From positions 416,928-480,927 of the forward strand of contig JAZKFH010000013.1 of the NCBI GenBank assembly GCA_040386535.1: 64,000 nucleotides of DNA, read 5' to 3'. The position numbers were made by a program, and so were the translations under genes. The stretch comes from Myxococcota bacterium. GTDB lineage: Bacteria; Myxococcota_A; UBA796; SXON01. Position 1 is the stretch's first letter, and every line of letters starts with the position of its first letter. The notes beneath the pieces are model-generated. The model did no database searches and was not told the origin of the DNA. It was given only the letters and a program-made list of their open reading frames with translations. Below are positions 1 to 9,607 of the stretch, piece by piece.

Positions 1-426
1 CACCAAGGTGGGGAGCGCCGAGCCCGCGAGCAACACGAGGCGCTCGAGCGGGGAGGGGCCGAGGCCCTGCATGCGGAGGATGCGGCGCTCGGTCGCGTCG
101 ACGCCGCGCGTGCCGACATACTGGCGTGCGAGGCGGATCACCGCGCGTTCGGTGTTGGGCACGCGGGTGAGCGGGGGGAGGGGAGCGCCGAGCACACGGA
201 GGGTGGGGGCGTGGCCGAGCGCGGCCGCGAACGTCGCGAGGAGCTCGCCACGCAGCCCCGGCAGCTCCGGGTCGAGCAGGACGAGCACGGTCGTCGGGGC
301 GCAGATCGCGCGGCAGAGGCCATCCCAGTCGGCCGCGGAGGTCACGGGGAGGCCCTCGCGGGCCAGCGGGAGCACGACTGATTCGCGGATGGCGTCGCGT
401 GCGGTGGCCACGAGGATGGAGGACAT
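1..426 (-). CDS. N-terminal part of a receiver-like (REC) domain regulator, runs off the window start
   Basis: Manual translation from ATG 426: MSSILVATARDAIRESVVLPLAREGLPVTSAADWDGLCRAICAPTTVLVLLDPELPGLRG..., a receiver-like pattern (LVLLDxxLPG). No stop before position 1, so it is absent from the ORF track. Confidence 0.55.
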   Translation of the reverse strand, partial: MSSILVATARDAIRESVVLPLAREGLPVTSAADWDGLCRAICAPTTVLVLLDPELPGLRGELLATFAAALGHAPTLRVLGAPLPPLTRVPNTERAVIRLARQYVGTRGVDATERRILRMQGLGPSPLERLVLLAGSALPTLV

Positions 427-460
427 GCGGTCGGACTGTTATCCTGCGCCACCCGCCCCC

Positions 461-2269
461 ATGCCCCCCCTCCTGCCTCTCGTGCTGCCGTACCTCCTAC
501 GGGGGCTCGTCGCCTCGGCCCTCGCCCAAGAACCGGCCCTCGACGCCGAGGCTCCCGCCGTGGAGCCCGAGGCGTCCATCTGGTCCTTCATCGAATCGGC
601 TGACGGAACGCCCGCGTCGCCCGACGTACGCGCCGCCACGCAGGAGCTCGTAGAGGAGCGTCTGGCCGAGCTGGGGAGCGTGGCATCGGTCGGCGCGTAC
701 CCGCCGATCGAATTCTATCTGGACCCCATCGGCGCCACGAGCCTCGACCCGCTCCACCTCGACAAGGTGGACCCCAAGGAATTCGACATCCCGGTGGTGA
801 TCAACCCCGAGGTGAAGAAGTGGATGGAGTACTTCCTCGGCCGCGGCCGGAAGTACTACGCGCGCTACCTCGAGCGGTCCACGCAGTGGCTGCCGATGAT
901 GCACCGCGAGATGGACGCGCGAGGGCTCCCGCGGGACCTGGCGTACCTCTCGATGATCGAGAGCGGCTTCTCCACCGGCGCCACCAGCTACGCCTCCGCG
1001 GCCGGGCTCTGGCAGTTCATGACCTATACGGGCAAGGACTACGGGCTCCGGATCGACTGGTGGCTGGACGAGCGTCGTGACCCCGAGAAGGCGACCGACG
1101 CCGCGCTCCGCTACCTGTCCGACCTGCACAAGATGTTCAAGGGCGACTGGTGGTTGTCCTGGGCGTCCTACAACGGCGGCCAGGGCCGCGTGATGAAGGC
1201 GACACGGTACGCCGGCACGACCGACTTCTGGAAGATCTCGGCGGGGGACTACCTCCACACCGAGACCGACAACTACGTCCCGAAGCTGATCGCCGCGGCG
1301 ATCATCGGGAAGCACCCCGAGCGGTACGGCTTCGTCGGGCTGCGCTACCTGCCCGAGTGGAAGTTCGAGACAGTCGAGGTGCCCGCCTCCACGAGCGTGG
1401 CGGTGATGGCGAAGTGTGCGGGCATGACGGAGGATGCGTTCCTCGCGCTCAACCCGGCGTTGCGTCGCTACGCGCTCCCGCCCGAGCCCGCGATCCAGAA
1501 GGTGCGCATCGCGCCGAACAAGACCGTGGCCTTCAAGGAGAACCTCGCCAAGGTGCCGCCCGACGAGCGGCTCACGCTCCAGCGGCACGTGGTCAAGCGC
1601 GGCGAGAGCCTCGGCAGCATCGCGCGCAAGTACGGCCTCTCGGTGGATGAGCTGGCGCGGGTCAACCGCGTTGGGGACATCAACCAGATCAGCGTGGGGA
1701 TGGAGCTCGTGGTGCCGTCGAACGGCAAGGCCATCGCGTCGACCGAGGCGGGGGGCAAGGCGAGCGAGCCGCCGCCGACGGGCGGATCCGGGGCGACCAG
1801 CGGCTCCAGCGGAACCAAGAGCACGTCCGGCGCCGCGACCTCGAGCACGCCCCCGACCACCACCACCAAGACCACGGCCGCCGTCACCCACACGGTCAAG
1901 AGCGGGGACACGCTCTCCGGCCTCGCGTCGAAGTACGGCGTGACCACGAAGCAGCTCCAGGGCTGGAACAAGCTGTCGGGCACCAACATCCTCATCGGCC
2001 AGAAGCTGGTGGTGAAGGCGGCGTCGACCACCACGACGACCACGTCCTCGACGACCTCGACCACGGCCTCCAAGCCGAGCACCACGTCCAGCGGCACCAC
2101 GACGACGACGGCGAAGAAGGCCACGACCTCCTCGTACACCGTGCGCCGCGGCGACACGTTGAGCAGCATCGCCGACCGCTACAATTGCTCGGTGACCGAT
2201 CTGAAGTCGTGGAACGGCCTGAAGGGCTCCACGATCTACCCGGGCCAGAAGCTCAAGATCAAGGGGTGA
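461..2269 (+). CDS. mltD: Lytic murein transglycosylase, SLT + 3 LysM domains (MltD-like)
   Basis: SLT motifs MIESGF, AAGLWQFM, WASYNGG, ETDNYVPK; three LysM repeats (HVVKRGESL, HTVKSGDTL, YTVRRGDTL) with Thr/Ser-rich linkers. Start moved to ATG 461 (signal peptide MPPLLPLVLPYLL). Confidence 0.9.
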   Translation: MPPLLPLVLPYLLRGLVASALAQEPALDAEAPAVEPEASIWSFIESADGTPASPDVRAATQELVEERLAELGSVASVGAYPPIEFYLDPIGATSLDPLHLDKVDPKEFDIPVVINPEVKKWMEYFLGRGRKYYARYLERSTQWLPMMHREMDARGLPRDLAYLSMIESGFSTGATSYASAAGLWQFMTYTGKDYGLRIDWWLDERRDPEKATDAALRYLSDLHKMFKGDWWLSWASYNGGQGRVMKATRYAGTTDFWKISAGDYLHTETDNYVPKLIAAAIIGKHPERYGFVGLRYLPEWKFETVEVPASTSVAVMAKCAGMTEDAFLALNPALRRYALPPEPAIQKVRIAPNKTVAFKENLAKVPPDERLTLQRHVVKRGESLGSIARKYGLSVDELARVNRVGDINQISVGMELVVPSNGKAIASTEAGGKASEPPPTGGSGATSGSSGTKSTSGAATSSTPPTTTTKTTAAVTHTVKSGDTLSGLASKYGVTTKQLQGWNKLSGTNILIGQKLVVKAASTTTTTTSSTTSTTASKPSTTSSGTTTTTAKKATTSSYTVRRGDTLSSIADRYNCSVTDLKSWNGLKGSTIYPGQKLKIKG

Positions 2270-2306
2270 CGACGGCGGGCGGGTCGGGCGCGGATAGAGC
2301 GTCCCG

Positions 2307-3527
2307 ATGTTGACCGTCGAAGAAGCCCTCGCCCGCGTGCTCGCCCACATCCCCGCCGCCCGCGTCGAGCGCGCCTCCCTTGCCGACGCCCACGGGCGCG
2401 TGCTCGCGGAGGACATCGTGTCCCCCGGCGAGCTCCCGCCGTGGCCCGCCTCCGCGATGGACGGCTTCGCGGTGCGCGCCGCCGATGTGCCGGGTGAGCT
2501 CCACGTCCTCGAGACCGTCGCGGCCGGGGGCGTGCCCCACCACATGGTCACGCCGGGCACCACCACGCGCATCATGACCGGGGCGCCCGTGCCCGACGGG
2601 GCCGACGCCGTCGTGATGGTGGAGGACAGCGAGGCCGTCGGGACCGATCGGGTGCGGCTCGCGGGGACAGCCACCCCCGGCCAGCACATCCGCCCGCAGG
2701 GGAGCGAGGTGCCGCTCGGGACGCCCGTCCTGTCGCGCGGGCGCATCCTCGGCGCCGGGGCGATCGGGGTGCTCGCGGCGGTCGGCATCCCGACCGTGCT
2801 GGTGGCGGCGCGGCCGACGGTCGGCATCCTCTCGACGGGGGACGAGCTGGTCGAGCCGGGCCTGCCCCTCGGGCCGGGCCAGATCCACTCCAGCAACGGG
2901 CATGCGCTCGCCGCGTTGGTGCGCGAAGCGGGTGCCCATCCGGTCGATCTCGGCAGCATCCGGGACGACCCCGCGGCGCTCGCGGCGGCCTTCCGCGCGG
3001 CGCTCCGCTGCGATGTGGTGGTCTCGACGGGCGGCGTGAGCGTCGGGGACTACGATCACGTGAAGGACGTGCTCGGAGAGCTGGGGATCACGATGGACTT
3101 CTGGCGTGTGGCGATGAAGCCGGGCAAGCCGCTCGCGTACGGCGTGCTCGGCGGCACTCCGATCTTCGGCCTCCCCGGCAACCCGGTGAGCTGCATGGTC
3201 AACTTCTACCAGTTCGTGCGCCCGGTGCTCCGGACGATGCTCGGCGATCCGGCCCCGTTCCTCCCCGTGATCCAGGCCGAGCTCGTCGGTCGCACCCGCC
3301 GCCGCCCGGGTCGTCCGGAGTTCATCCGTGTACGCCTCTTTCGCGAGGGCGAAACCGTGCGCGCCGAGGTGGCCGGCCACCAGGGCAGCGCCGGCGTCCT
3401 CTCCATGGCGGACGCCCACGGCTTCGCGCTCCTCCCCGAAGGCGCGACCGAGATCGCGGGCACCGTGGCGGTGCAGGTGTTCGATCCGGGGTTCCTGGCC
3501 GGGGCGGAGGCCAACTACCGGTGGTGA
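2307..3527 (+). CDS. moeA: Molybdopterin molybdenumtransferase MoeA
   Basis: SAMDGFAV, IMTGAPVPDGADAVVMVE, STGDEL, TGGVSVGDYD, MKPGKP, GLPGNPVS. Confidence 0.95.
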   Translation: MLTVEEALARVLAHIPAARVERASLADAHGRVLAEDIVSPGELPPWPASAMDGFAVRAADVPGELHVLETVAAGGVPHHMVTPGTTTRIMTGAPVPDGADAVVMVEDSEAVGTDRVRLAGTATPGQHIRPQGSEVPLGTPVLSRGRILGAGAIGVLAAVGIPTVLVAARPTVGILSTGDELVEPGLPLGPGQIHSSNGHALAALVREAGAHPVDLGSIRDDPAALAAAFRAALRCDVVVSTGGVSVGDYDHVKDVLGELGITMDFWRVAMKPGKPLAYGVLGGTPIFGLPGNPVSCMVNFYQFVRPVLRTMLGDPAPFLPVIQAELVGRTRRRPGRPEFIRVRLFREGETVRAEVAGHQGSAGVLSMADAHGFALLPEGATEIAGTVAVQVFDPGFLAGAEANYRW

Positions 3528-3534
3528 GGCACCC

Positions 3535-4008
3535 ATGAGAGGCTGCATCCTCGCGGGGGGGCTCTCCCGGCGCTTCGGCGCCGACAAGGCCGTGCACCCC
3601 GTCGGGGGCGAGCTCCTCGCGCTCCGGCTGGCCCGCGTCTTGCGCGCCGCCGGGCTCGATCCGTGGCTGGTGGCCCGCGACCCGCGCGGCATCGGGCTCC
3701 CCGAGCTGCTCGAGCCCGAAGGGCCGCGCCATCCGCTGTGGGGCATCGCGGCGGCGCTCGGGGAGGGGGATGACGTGTTCGTCACCCCGTGCGACCTCGC
3801 GGAGCTCGACGTACGTCAGGTCACGGCGCTGCTCGACGCGCGCGCGATCGCGGTCGGCCAGCCGCTCCTCGGCGTGTTCCCGGCGCGTTTGCGCGATCGC
3901 GCCCTGCACCACGCGACGGCCGGCGGGTCCGTCCGCGTGTTCGTGGAGGGGCTCCCGACGCTGGACGTGGGCCCGATCCTCAACCTCAACCGGCCGCCAG
4001 GCGTCTGA
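3535..4008 (+). CDS. mobA: Molybdenum cofactor guanylyltransferase-like (short MobA)
   Basis: ILAGGLSRRFGADKA, PLWGI, PCD and NLN motifs; directly downstream of moeA; only about 157 aa. Confidence 0.8.
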   Translation: MRGCILAGGLSRRFGADKAVHPVGGELLALRLARVLRAAGLDPWLVARDPRGIGLPELLEPEGPRHPLWGIAAALGEGDDVFVTPCDLAELDVRQVTALLDARAIAVGQPLLGVFPARLRDRALHHATAGGSVRVFVEGLPTLDVGPILNLNRPPGV

Positions 4009-6121
4009 CCTCTTCGGCGGCGCCGACGGGCTGGAGCGGGATGCGCACCGTGAACGTGGTGCCCTTGCCGACGGTGCTGGACACGTCGAGCTCGCCGCCG
4101 TGCGCCTGCACGATGCGACGCGAGATCGCGAGGCCGAGGCCGGTGCCGTCGTGCCGCGTGGTGAAGAAGGGCACGAACAGCTTGTCGAGATCCTCGGGGG
4201 CGATGCCGACGCCGGTGTCCTCCACCGCCATCTCGATCGCCGGCGCGTAGCGCGCCTTCGGGTCGCGGAGCCGGCCGAGGCGGGTGTGGAGGGTGAGCGT
4301 GCCCCCGCCCTTCATCGCCTGGAGGCCGTTCTGGCAGAGGTTGAGCAACACCTGCTTGAGCTTCTGCGCGTCCACGGGGAGGGGAGGGCGCACCAGGGCG
4401 TGCTCCTCGGCGAGGCGCACGTTCGGCGGCAGCCCCTGCGCGTTGATGACGCCCATCACGGTGCCGACGAGCGCGGCGACGTCGGTCTCTTCGAGGTGCA
4501 GCTGCATCGGGCGCGCGTAGTCGAGGAACTGGCTGACGACCTGGTTGAGGCGGTCCACCTCGTCGACGATGATCTTCACCATCTCGGCGTCCGGGCCCTC
4601 GCGCCCGGCCTGGAGGTACTGCGCGGCCCCTTTGATGCCCGCGAGGGGGTTGCGGATCTCGTGGGCGAGGCCCGCCGCCATCGTGCCGAGCGCGGCAAGT
4701 CGGTGTTCCTCCTTGAGCTTCTCGAAGCCGTGGAGGTTCTCCAGGATGACGCTCGCGCGCGCGGCCGTGTGGACGAGCCGCGCCACGTCCTCGGCGGTGA
4801 AGGACTCGAGCTCCTCCTCGTCGCGCAGTGTCAGCCAGCCGATCACGACGTCGCCGGACATGAAGGGCACCACCACGTCGGCGTTCATCGCCTCGAGCAG
4901 GCGAAGACGCACCTCGGCGTCCTCCGCGCGGCCGGTCTGGCGCGCCTGTTGCCGCGCGAGCACGGCGCGGATGTAGGCGCGTTGCCCGGAGGCGAAGCCG
5001 TCCGTGAACGGCTGCCGCGCCACCTGCATGATCGGCGGCTCCTCCCGCGTGCCGCGCTCGGCCACGAGCCGGTAGGTGCGCCGCTCCTCGTCCCACAAGA
5101 AGATCGACGCGACGGGGATGCGTCCCGACGCCACGAAGCGGGTGAGCATCTCGTGGGTGAGGCCGTCGATCGACAGCGCGCGCACCATCGCGGCGTCGAG
5201 GTCCTTCAGCGTCTCCTGGAGCAGCTGGCCGCGGCGGTTGAAGATGCGGCCGGCCCAGGTCTCGAGCTGCTTGCGGAGCGGATCGTACGCGAGCAGGAAC
5301 AGGCAGCTCGCGAGGAACACCTGGAACGTGCCGTGAATGGGGTACTCGCCGAGGAGCGAGGCGGCGGAGAGGGCGTCGATGCCGACGAGCAGGCTGCCGG
5401 CGACGGCGACGGCGGCCATGCGGCTGAAGATCTCGGCCAGATCGAGCAGCCGGTACACGGTGATGATCTGGTAGAGGAAGTAGACGAAGATGCTGGCGAA
5501 GATGGCGCCGATGGGCGGAAAGGCGCCCTGCACCACCGCCGCGAACGCCCAGAAGGGCGCCTGGTCGGGCAGGCCGGCGATGGACCGGGCGAGCGCCTCC
5601 ACCCCCGAGAAGCCGATGGCGAGCCCCGCGAGCGCGCCGAGGTAGCGGATGCGGGCCCGCTCGACGCGGTGATCCGTCGACTCGTGGAACTGCCAGAGGC
5701 GGTGCAGCGGGACGAGGAAGGCGCCGAAGACGTAGACCGCGAAGATGACCTCGGCGATCGAGGCGCGCGGCGTGTCGCGGTAGAACACGGCGTCGACGAC
5801 GGTGAAGGCGACCGTGACGAGGGGGGTGGCGACGCTGAGCGTGCGCACGCGCGGATCGTGGGGGGCGCCCGGCTGCCAGAAGAAGCGGTCGACGAAGACG
5901 AGCAGCGCGAGGGGGAGGAAGGCGCCGGCGCCGGCGTGGACGTACTTGAACGCGCCGAGGCCGGGCAGCAGGTACAGCGTGAAGCCGAAGTACGACACGC
6001 ACAGGAAGGACGTGAAGACCGCGAAGGCGCGGCGCACCGGATCCTCGCGATCCCCGAGGGGCACCCGCACGGCGAGCGCGCCGGCGGCGATCGTCGCGAG
6101 GGCGTAGAGGAGGATGTTCAC
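3986..6121 (-). CDS. Membrane sensor histidine kinase (multi-TM + GAF + HisKA + HATPase)
   Basis: Hydrophobic N-terminus; H-box LAHEIRNPL; N-box QVLLNLCQNG; G1 DTGVGI; F-box LFVPFFTT; G2 GTGLGL. Confidence 0.93.
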   Translation of the reverse strand: MNILLYALATIAAGALAVRVPLGDREDPVRRAFAVFTSFLCVSYFGFTLYLLPGLGAFKYVHAGAGAFLPLALLVFVDRFFWQPGAPHDPRVRTLSVATPLVTVAFTVVDAVFYRDTPRASIAEVIFAVYVFGAFLVPLHRLWQFHESTDHRVERARIRYLGALAGLAIGFSGVEALARSIAGLPDQAPFWAFAAVVQGAFPPIGAIFASIFVYFLYQIITVYRLLDLAEIFSRMAAVAVAGSLLVGIDALSAASLLGEYPIHGTFQVFLASCLFLLAYDPLRKQLETWAGRIFNRRGQLLQETLKDLDAAMVRALSIDGLTHEMLTRFVASGRIPVASIFLWDEERRTYRLVAERGTREEPPIMQVARQPFTDGFASGQRAYIRAVLARQQARQTGRAEDAEVRLRLLEAMNADVVVPFMSGDVVIGWLTLRDEEELESFTAEDVARLVHTAARASVILENLHGFEKLKEEHRLAALGTMAAGLAHEIRNPLAGIKGAAQYLQAGREGPDAEMVKIIVDEVDRLNQVVSQFLDYARPMQLHLEETDVAALVGTVMGVINAQGLPPNVRLAEEHALVRPPLPVDAQKLKQVLLNLCQNGLQAMKGGGTLTLHTRLGRLRDPKARYAPAIEMAVEDTGVGIAPEDLDKLFVPFFTTRHDGTGLGLAISRRIVQAHGGELDVSSTVGKGTTFTVRIPLQPVGAAEEVRRLAAG

Positions 6122-6144
6122 GTCCGGATGCTATCGTGGCGGGC

Positions 6145-7452
6145 ATGGATCCGCGCCGCGCCTTGCCTTCCGTGGACCGCCTCGTCCGCGCGGCCCCCGA
6201 CCTGCCCCGTGTCGCGGCCACGCGCGCCGCCCGCGCCCTCGTCGCGGACGTGCGCGCCGGGGGCCCGCCGCCCTCCGACTGGGCGGACGCGTTGCGCGCC
6301 CGCGTGGCCATCGACGAGCGGATGCGGCTGCGCCCCGTCATCAACGCCACCGGCATCGTGCTGCACACGAACCTCGGGCGGGCGCCGCTGTCGCCCCGTG
6401 CGGCCGCGGCCGTGGCGGCGCTCGGCCAGGGCTACGCGAACGTCGAGCTGGACCTGGAGAGCGGGCGGCGGGGCGAGCGCCTGGACGGCGTGCGCGGGCC
6501 CCTCGCGGCGCTCACGGGCGCGGAGGACGCCGTCGCCGTCAACAACTGCGCCGCGGCCGTGTTGTTGATGCTCACGACGCTGGCGGCCGGGCGCGAGGTC
6601 GTCGTGTCCCGCGGCGAGCTCGTCGAGATCGGCGGCTCGTTCCGCGTGCCGGACGTCATCACGGCCGGCGGCGCGCGACTGGTCGAGGTGGGGACCACCA
6701 ACCGTACACGCGCGCATGACTACGCCCAGGCGATCGGCCCCGACACCGCGGCGATCCTGCGCGTGCACCCGTCCAACTTCCGGATCACGGGCTTCACCGA
6801 GGCGGCCACGCGGCCCGAGCTGGCCGAGATCGCCAAGGCGCGCGGCGTGCTCCTGCTCGAGGACCTGGGCGCGGGCGCGCTCGTGCCGGGGCTCGGCGAG
6901 CCCACGGTCGCGGAGGTCGTGGCCGAGGGCGTCGACGCGGCCTGCTTCTCCGGCGACAAGCTGCTCGGCGGCCCGCAGGCCGGCCTCATCGTGGGGAACA
7001 GCGCCTCGATCGGCGCGATGCGCAGGCACCCGCTCTACCGCGCCTTGCGGCTGGATCGGCTCGTGCTGGCCGCGCTCGAGGCGACCCTTCGCGGCTACCT
7101 CGTCGGGGAGGTGCCGCCGGCCGTCGCGATGCTCGCGCTCCGCGCGGTCGACCTGAAGCCGCGCGCCGAGGCGTGGGCGGCCCACCTGCGGGCGAACGGG
7201 ATCGCCGTCGAAGTGCTCCGCGATCAGGGCTTCTCCGGCGGGGGCAGCCTGCCCGGAGAGGGGCTCCCCACCTGGGTCGCGGCCCTCCGGGTGCCCGAGC
7301 CGGACCAGGTCTCCGCGCGTTTGCGCCGGGGCGAGCCCGCGGTCGTGGCGCGCGTGTCGGAGGATCGCGTTCGGCTCGATCCGCGCACCGTCGCGCCGGG
7401 GGAGGAGGCGGCGCTGCTGGCCGCCGTGGTCGTCGCGTGCCGCGGTATCTGA
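6145..7452 (+). CDS. selA: L-seryl-tRNA(Sec) selenium transferase
   Basis: VINATGIVLHTNLGRAPL, VNNCAAA, SRGELVEIGGSFRVPD, EVGTTNRT, VHPSNF, PLP-lysine motif FSGDKLLGGPQAG. Confidence 0.96.
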   Translation: MDPRRALPSVDRLVRAAPDLPRVAATRAARALVADVRAGGPPPSDWADALRARVAIDERMRLRPVINATGIVLHTNLGRAPLSPRAAAAVAALGQGYANVELDLESGRRGERLDGVRGPLAALTGAEDAVAVNNCAAAVLLMLTTLAAGREVVVSRGELVEIGGSFRVPDVITAGGARLVEVGTTNRTRAHDYAQAIGPDTAAILRVHPSNFRITGFTEAATRPELAEIAKARGVLLLEDLGAGALVPGLGEPTVAEVVAEGVDAACFSGDKLLGGPQAGLIVGNSASIGAMRRHPLYRALRLDRLVLAALEATLRGYLVGEVPPAVAMLALRAVDLKPRAEAWAAHLRANGIAVEVLRDQGFSGGGSLPGEGLPTWVAALRVPEPDQVSARLRRGEPAVVARVSEDRVRLDPRTVAPGEEAALLAAVVVACRGI

Positions 7453-7542
7453 AGCGTCGCGGCGAGAGATTTGGCGCTGCGAGGCGTCGGGGGCCCGCGA
7501 GGGCGCCCGCTCGGGCACGTCTCGGGTTAGGGGCCGCGGATC

Positions 7543-8508
7543 ATGTCCATCGGATTCTACGAGCTGCTCCAGGTGGCCCACGACGCCCCGCCCGACGCCG
7601 TGCGCGCCGCGTACCAGGAGCAGGTGGCGCAGGTGGTCCGGAAGCTGCGCGCGGCCGAGGCCCGCCAGCAGGACGTAGCGGCGATCGAGGCCCGCCGCGC
7701 CGCGATCGCCGAGGCGTGGGGCGTGTTGTCCGATCCGCTCCGCCGCCGCCGGTACGACCGGTATCGTGACCTCGCGCGGGGCACGCTCCCCGCCGATCCC
7801 GACGAGCTCTGGGCGCAGGCGGGCCCCTCGATGATCGATCCCGCCGCGGCCGCCGCGCTCCACGTGGTCCGCACCCTCACCGACCTGCGCGTGGGCGAGC
7901 CGGTGTCCGAGCTCGGCACGGCCGAGCCCGAGATCTCCGGCGTGCACGTGCGCGCCGACCGCCGGGAGGGCCGCAGCTCGGAGAGCCGCGAGCACCGCGG
8001 CACCGAGGCGACCGACCCGCGGCCGGACCTGCGAGGGCCCGAGCGCGTCCAGGTCCGCCTGGCCGAGGCGCCGCACGAGCCCCGCTCCCAGGAGAGCGGC
8101 GTCGTGGTCCCGCCCGCCCTCGTGCTCCCCCCGCCGTCCGTCGCCATGGCCGGCCGCAAGCCCGAGGCCCCCCGCCCGGCCCCCGTGAGCAGCCTCACCA
8201 TCGACCGCAACGTCGCCGCGGAAGACCTCGCGCGGCTCCTCGATCAGTACGGTCCCACCGGCGCGTTCCTGCGCGCCACTCGCGAGCTCCGCCGCAGCAC
8301 GCTGCCGCAGCTCTCCGCCACCACGCGCATCTCCCTTCGCTTCCTCGACGCGATGGAACGGGATGCGTACACCGACCTCCCCGGGGCCACGTTCGTGCGT
8401 GGCTACCTCAAGATGGTCGTTCGGGCGCTCGAGGCCATCCCGGCCGGCGCCGAAGTCGACGAATTCATCGAGGGCTACATGTCCCGCTTCTTCCGCGCCC
8501 GTGGCTGA
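7543..8508 (+). CDS. J-domain-like N-terminus (no HPD) + C-terminal RodZ/HTH_25-type helix-turn-helix protein
   Basis: FYELLQV...VRAAY...AWGVLSDPLRRRRYD; C-terminal GAFLRATRE...TRISLRFLDAMERDAYTDLPGATFVRGYLK. Confidence 0.75.
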   Translation: MSIGFYELLQVAHDAPPDAVRAAYQEQVAQVVRKLRAAEARQQDVAAIEARRAAIAEAWGVLSDPLRRRRYDRYRDLARGTLPADPDELWAQAGPSMIDPAAAAALHVVRTLTDLRVGEPVSELGTAEPEISGVHVRADRREGRSSESREHRGTEATDPRPDLRGPERVQVRLAEAPHEPRSQESGVVVPPALVLPPPSVAMAGRKPEAPRPAPVSSLTIDRNVAAEDLARLLDQYGPTGAFLRATRELRRSTLPQLSATTRISLRFLDAMERDAYTDLPGATFVRGYLKMVVRALEAIPAGAEVDEFIEGYMSRFFRARG

Positions 8509-9583
8509 ACGCCTCCACTGGGTCGCCACCTCCGGCACCGCACGGCTCGACCGGACCCTCGCCGACGCCTTCCCCACGATCTCCCGTGCCCGGTTCCAGG
8601 TGCTCATCGCCGAGGGCCGGGTCACGATCGACGGGGTGCCCGCCAAGGCCTCCGCGCACCCCACGTTCGGCCAGGTGGTCGAGGTCGAGGTGCCGGACGC
8701 CGTGGCCTCCACGATCGTGGGGGAGGACATCCCGCTCGACGTGCTCCACGAGGACGAGGATCTCATCGTCCTCGTCAAGCCCGCGGGCATGGTCGTGCAT
8801 CCGTCCGCCGGGCATGGCCACGGCACCCTCGTCAACGCGCTCCTCGGCCGCGCCGGCTCCCTCTCGACCATCGGCGGCGTCGAGCGCCCCGGCATCGTCC
8901 ACCGTCTCGACGGTGGCACGAGCGGCGTGATGGTGGTGGCGCGCAACGACGTGACGCACCGGGCGTTGTCGACCCTCTTCGCCGCGCACGACCTGGAGCG
9001 GCGCTACCTCGCCGTGGTGCACAAGGTGCCGCTTTTCGACGGCGGCACCATTCGCAGCATCATCGGGCGGGACCCGAAGGATCGCCTGCGCATGTCCTCG
9101 GTCCCGGACGACGTGCCCGCGCCCGTCGACGACGAGCCCGAGGTCATCGGCTACGTGTACGATGAAGACGAGCTCGAGGAGCCCGTGGTGCCCGAGCGCC
9201 GCCGCGGCCGCCTCGCCATCACGCAGTGGCGCACGCGCGCCAAGGCCGACCGCGTCGCGCTGGTCGAGTGCCGGCTGGAGACAGGCCGCACCCACCAGGT
9301 GCGCGTGCATCTGACCGAGTCGGGCCACCCCGTCGTGGGGGACACGGTCTACAACCGCCGCGATTGTGTGGCCCCCGCGGGCATCCGCGCGATGGTGGAC
9401 CAGCTGGGGCACCCGCTGCTCCACGCGTGGCACCTCGGGTTCCGCCACCCGCGGGACGGCCGGCCGATGGCGTTCTCGGCGCCCCCTCCGGCCGACTTCC
9501 TCGCGGTGTGCAAGGCGGCCGAGCTGACCGTCCCGCCGCTCGAGCTCACGCCCATGGCCCCGCCCGCGCGCCGACAGCACTGA
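8501..9583 (+). CDS. rluD: RluA/RluD-family pseudouridine synthase
   Basis: S4-like RLD...ISR; KPAGMVVHP; catalytic RPGIVHRLD; LETGRTHQVRVH; LHAWHLGF. GTG start overlaps the upstream stop. Confidence 0.93.
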   Translation: MAERLHWVATSGTARLDRTLADAFPTISRARFQVLIAEGRVTIDGVPAKASAHPTFGQVVEVEVPDAVASTIVGEDIPLDVLHEDEDLIVLVKPAGMVVHPSAGHGHGTLVNALLGRAGSLSTIGGVERPGIVHRLDGGTSGVMVVARNDVTHRALSTLFAAHDLERRYLAVVHKVPLFDGGTIRSIIGRDPKDRLRMSSVPDDVPAPVDDEPEVIGYVYDEDELEEPVVPERRRGRLAITQWRTRAKADRVALVECRLETGRTHQVRVHLTESGHPVVGDTVYNRRDCVAPAGIRAMVDQLGHPLLHAWHLGFRHPRDGRPMAFSAPPPADFLAVCKAAELTVPPLELTPMAPPARRQH

Positions 9584-9607
9584 CGAGCTGCCGGCTCTGC
9601 GGCTAGC

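Noticed and set aside
7453..7542. tRNA-Sec (selC) after selA
   Set aside because: No cloverleaf, TCA anticodon arm or T-loop motif is visible.
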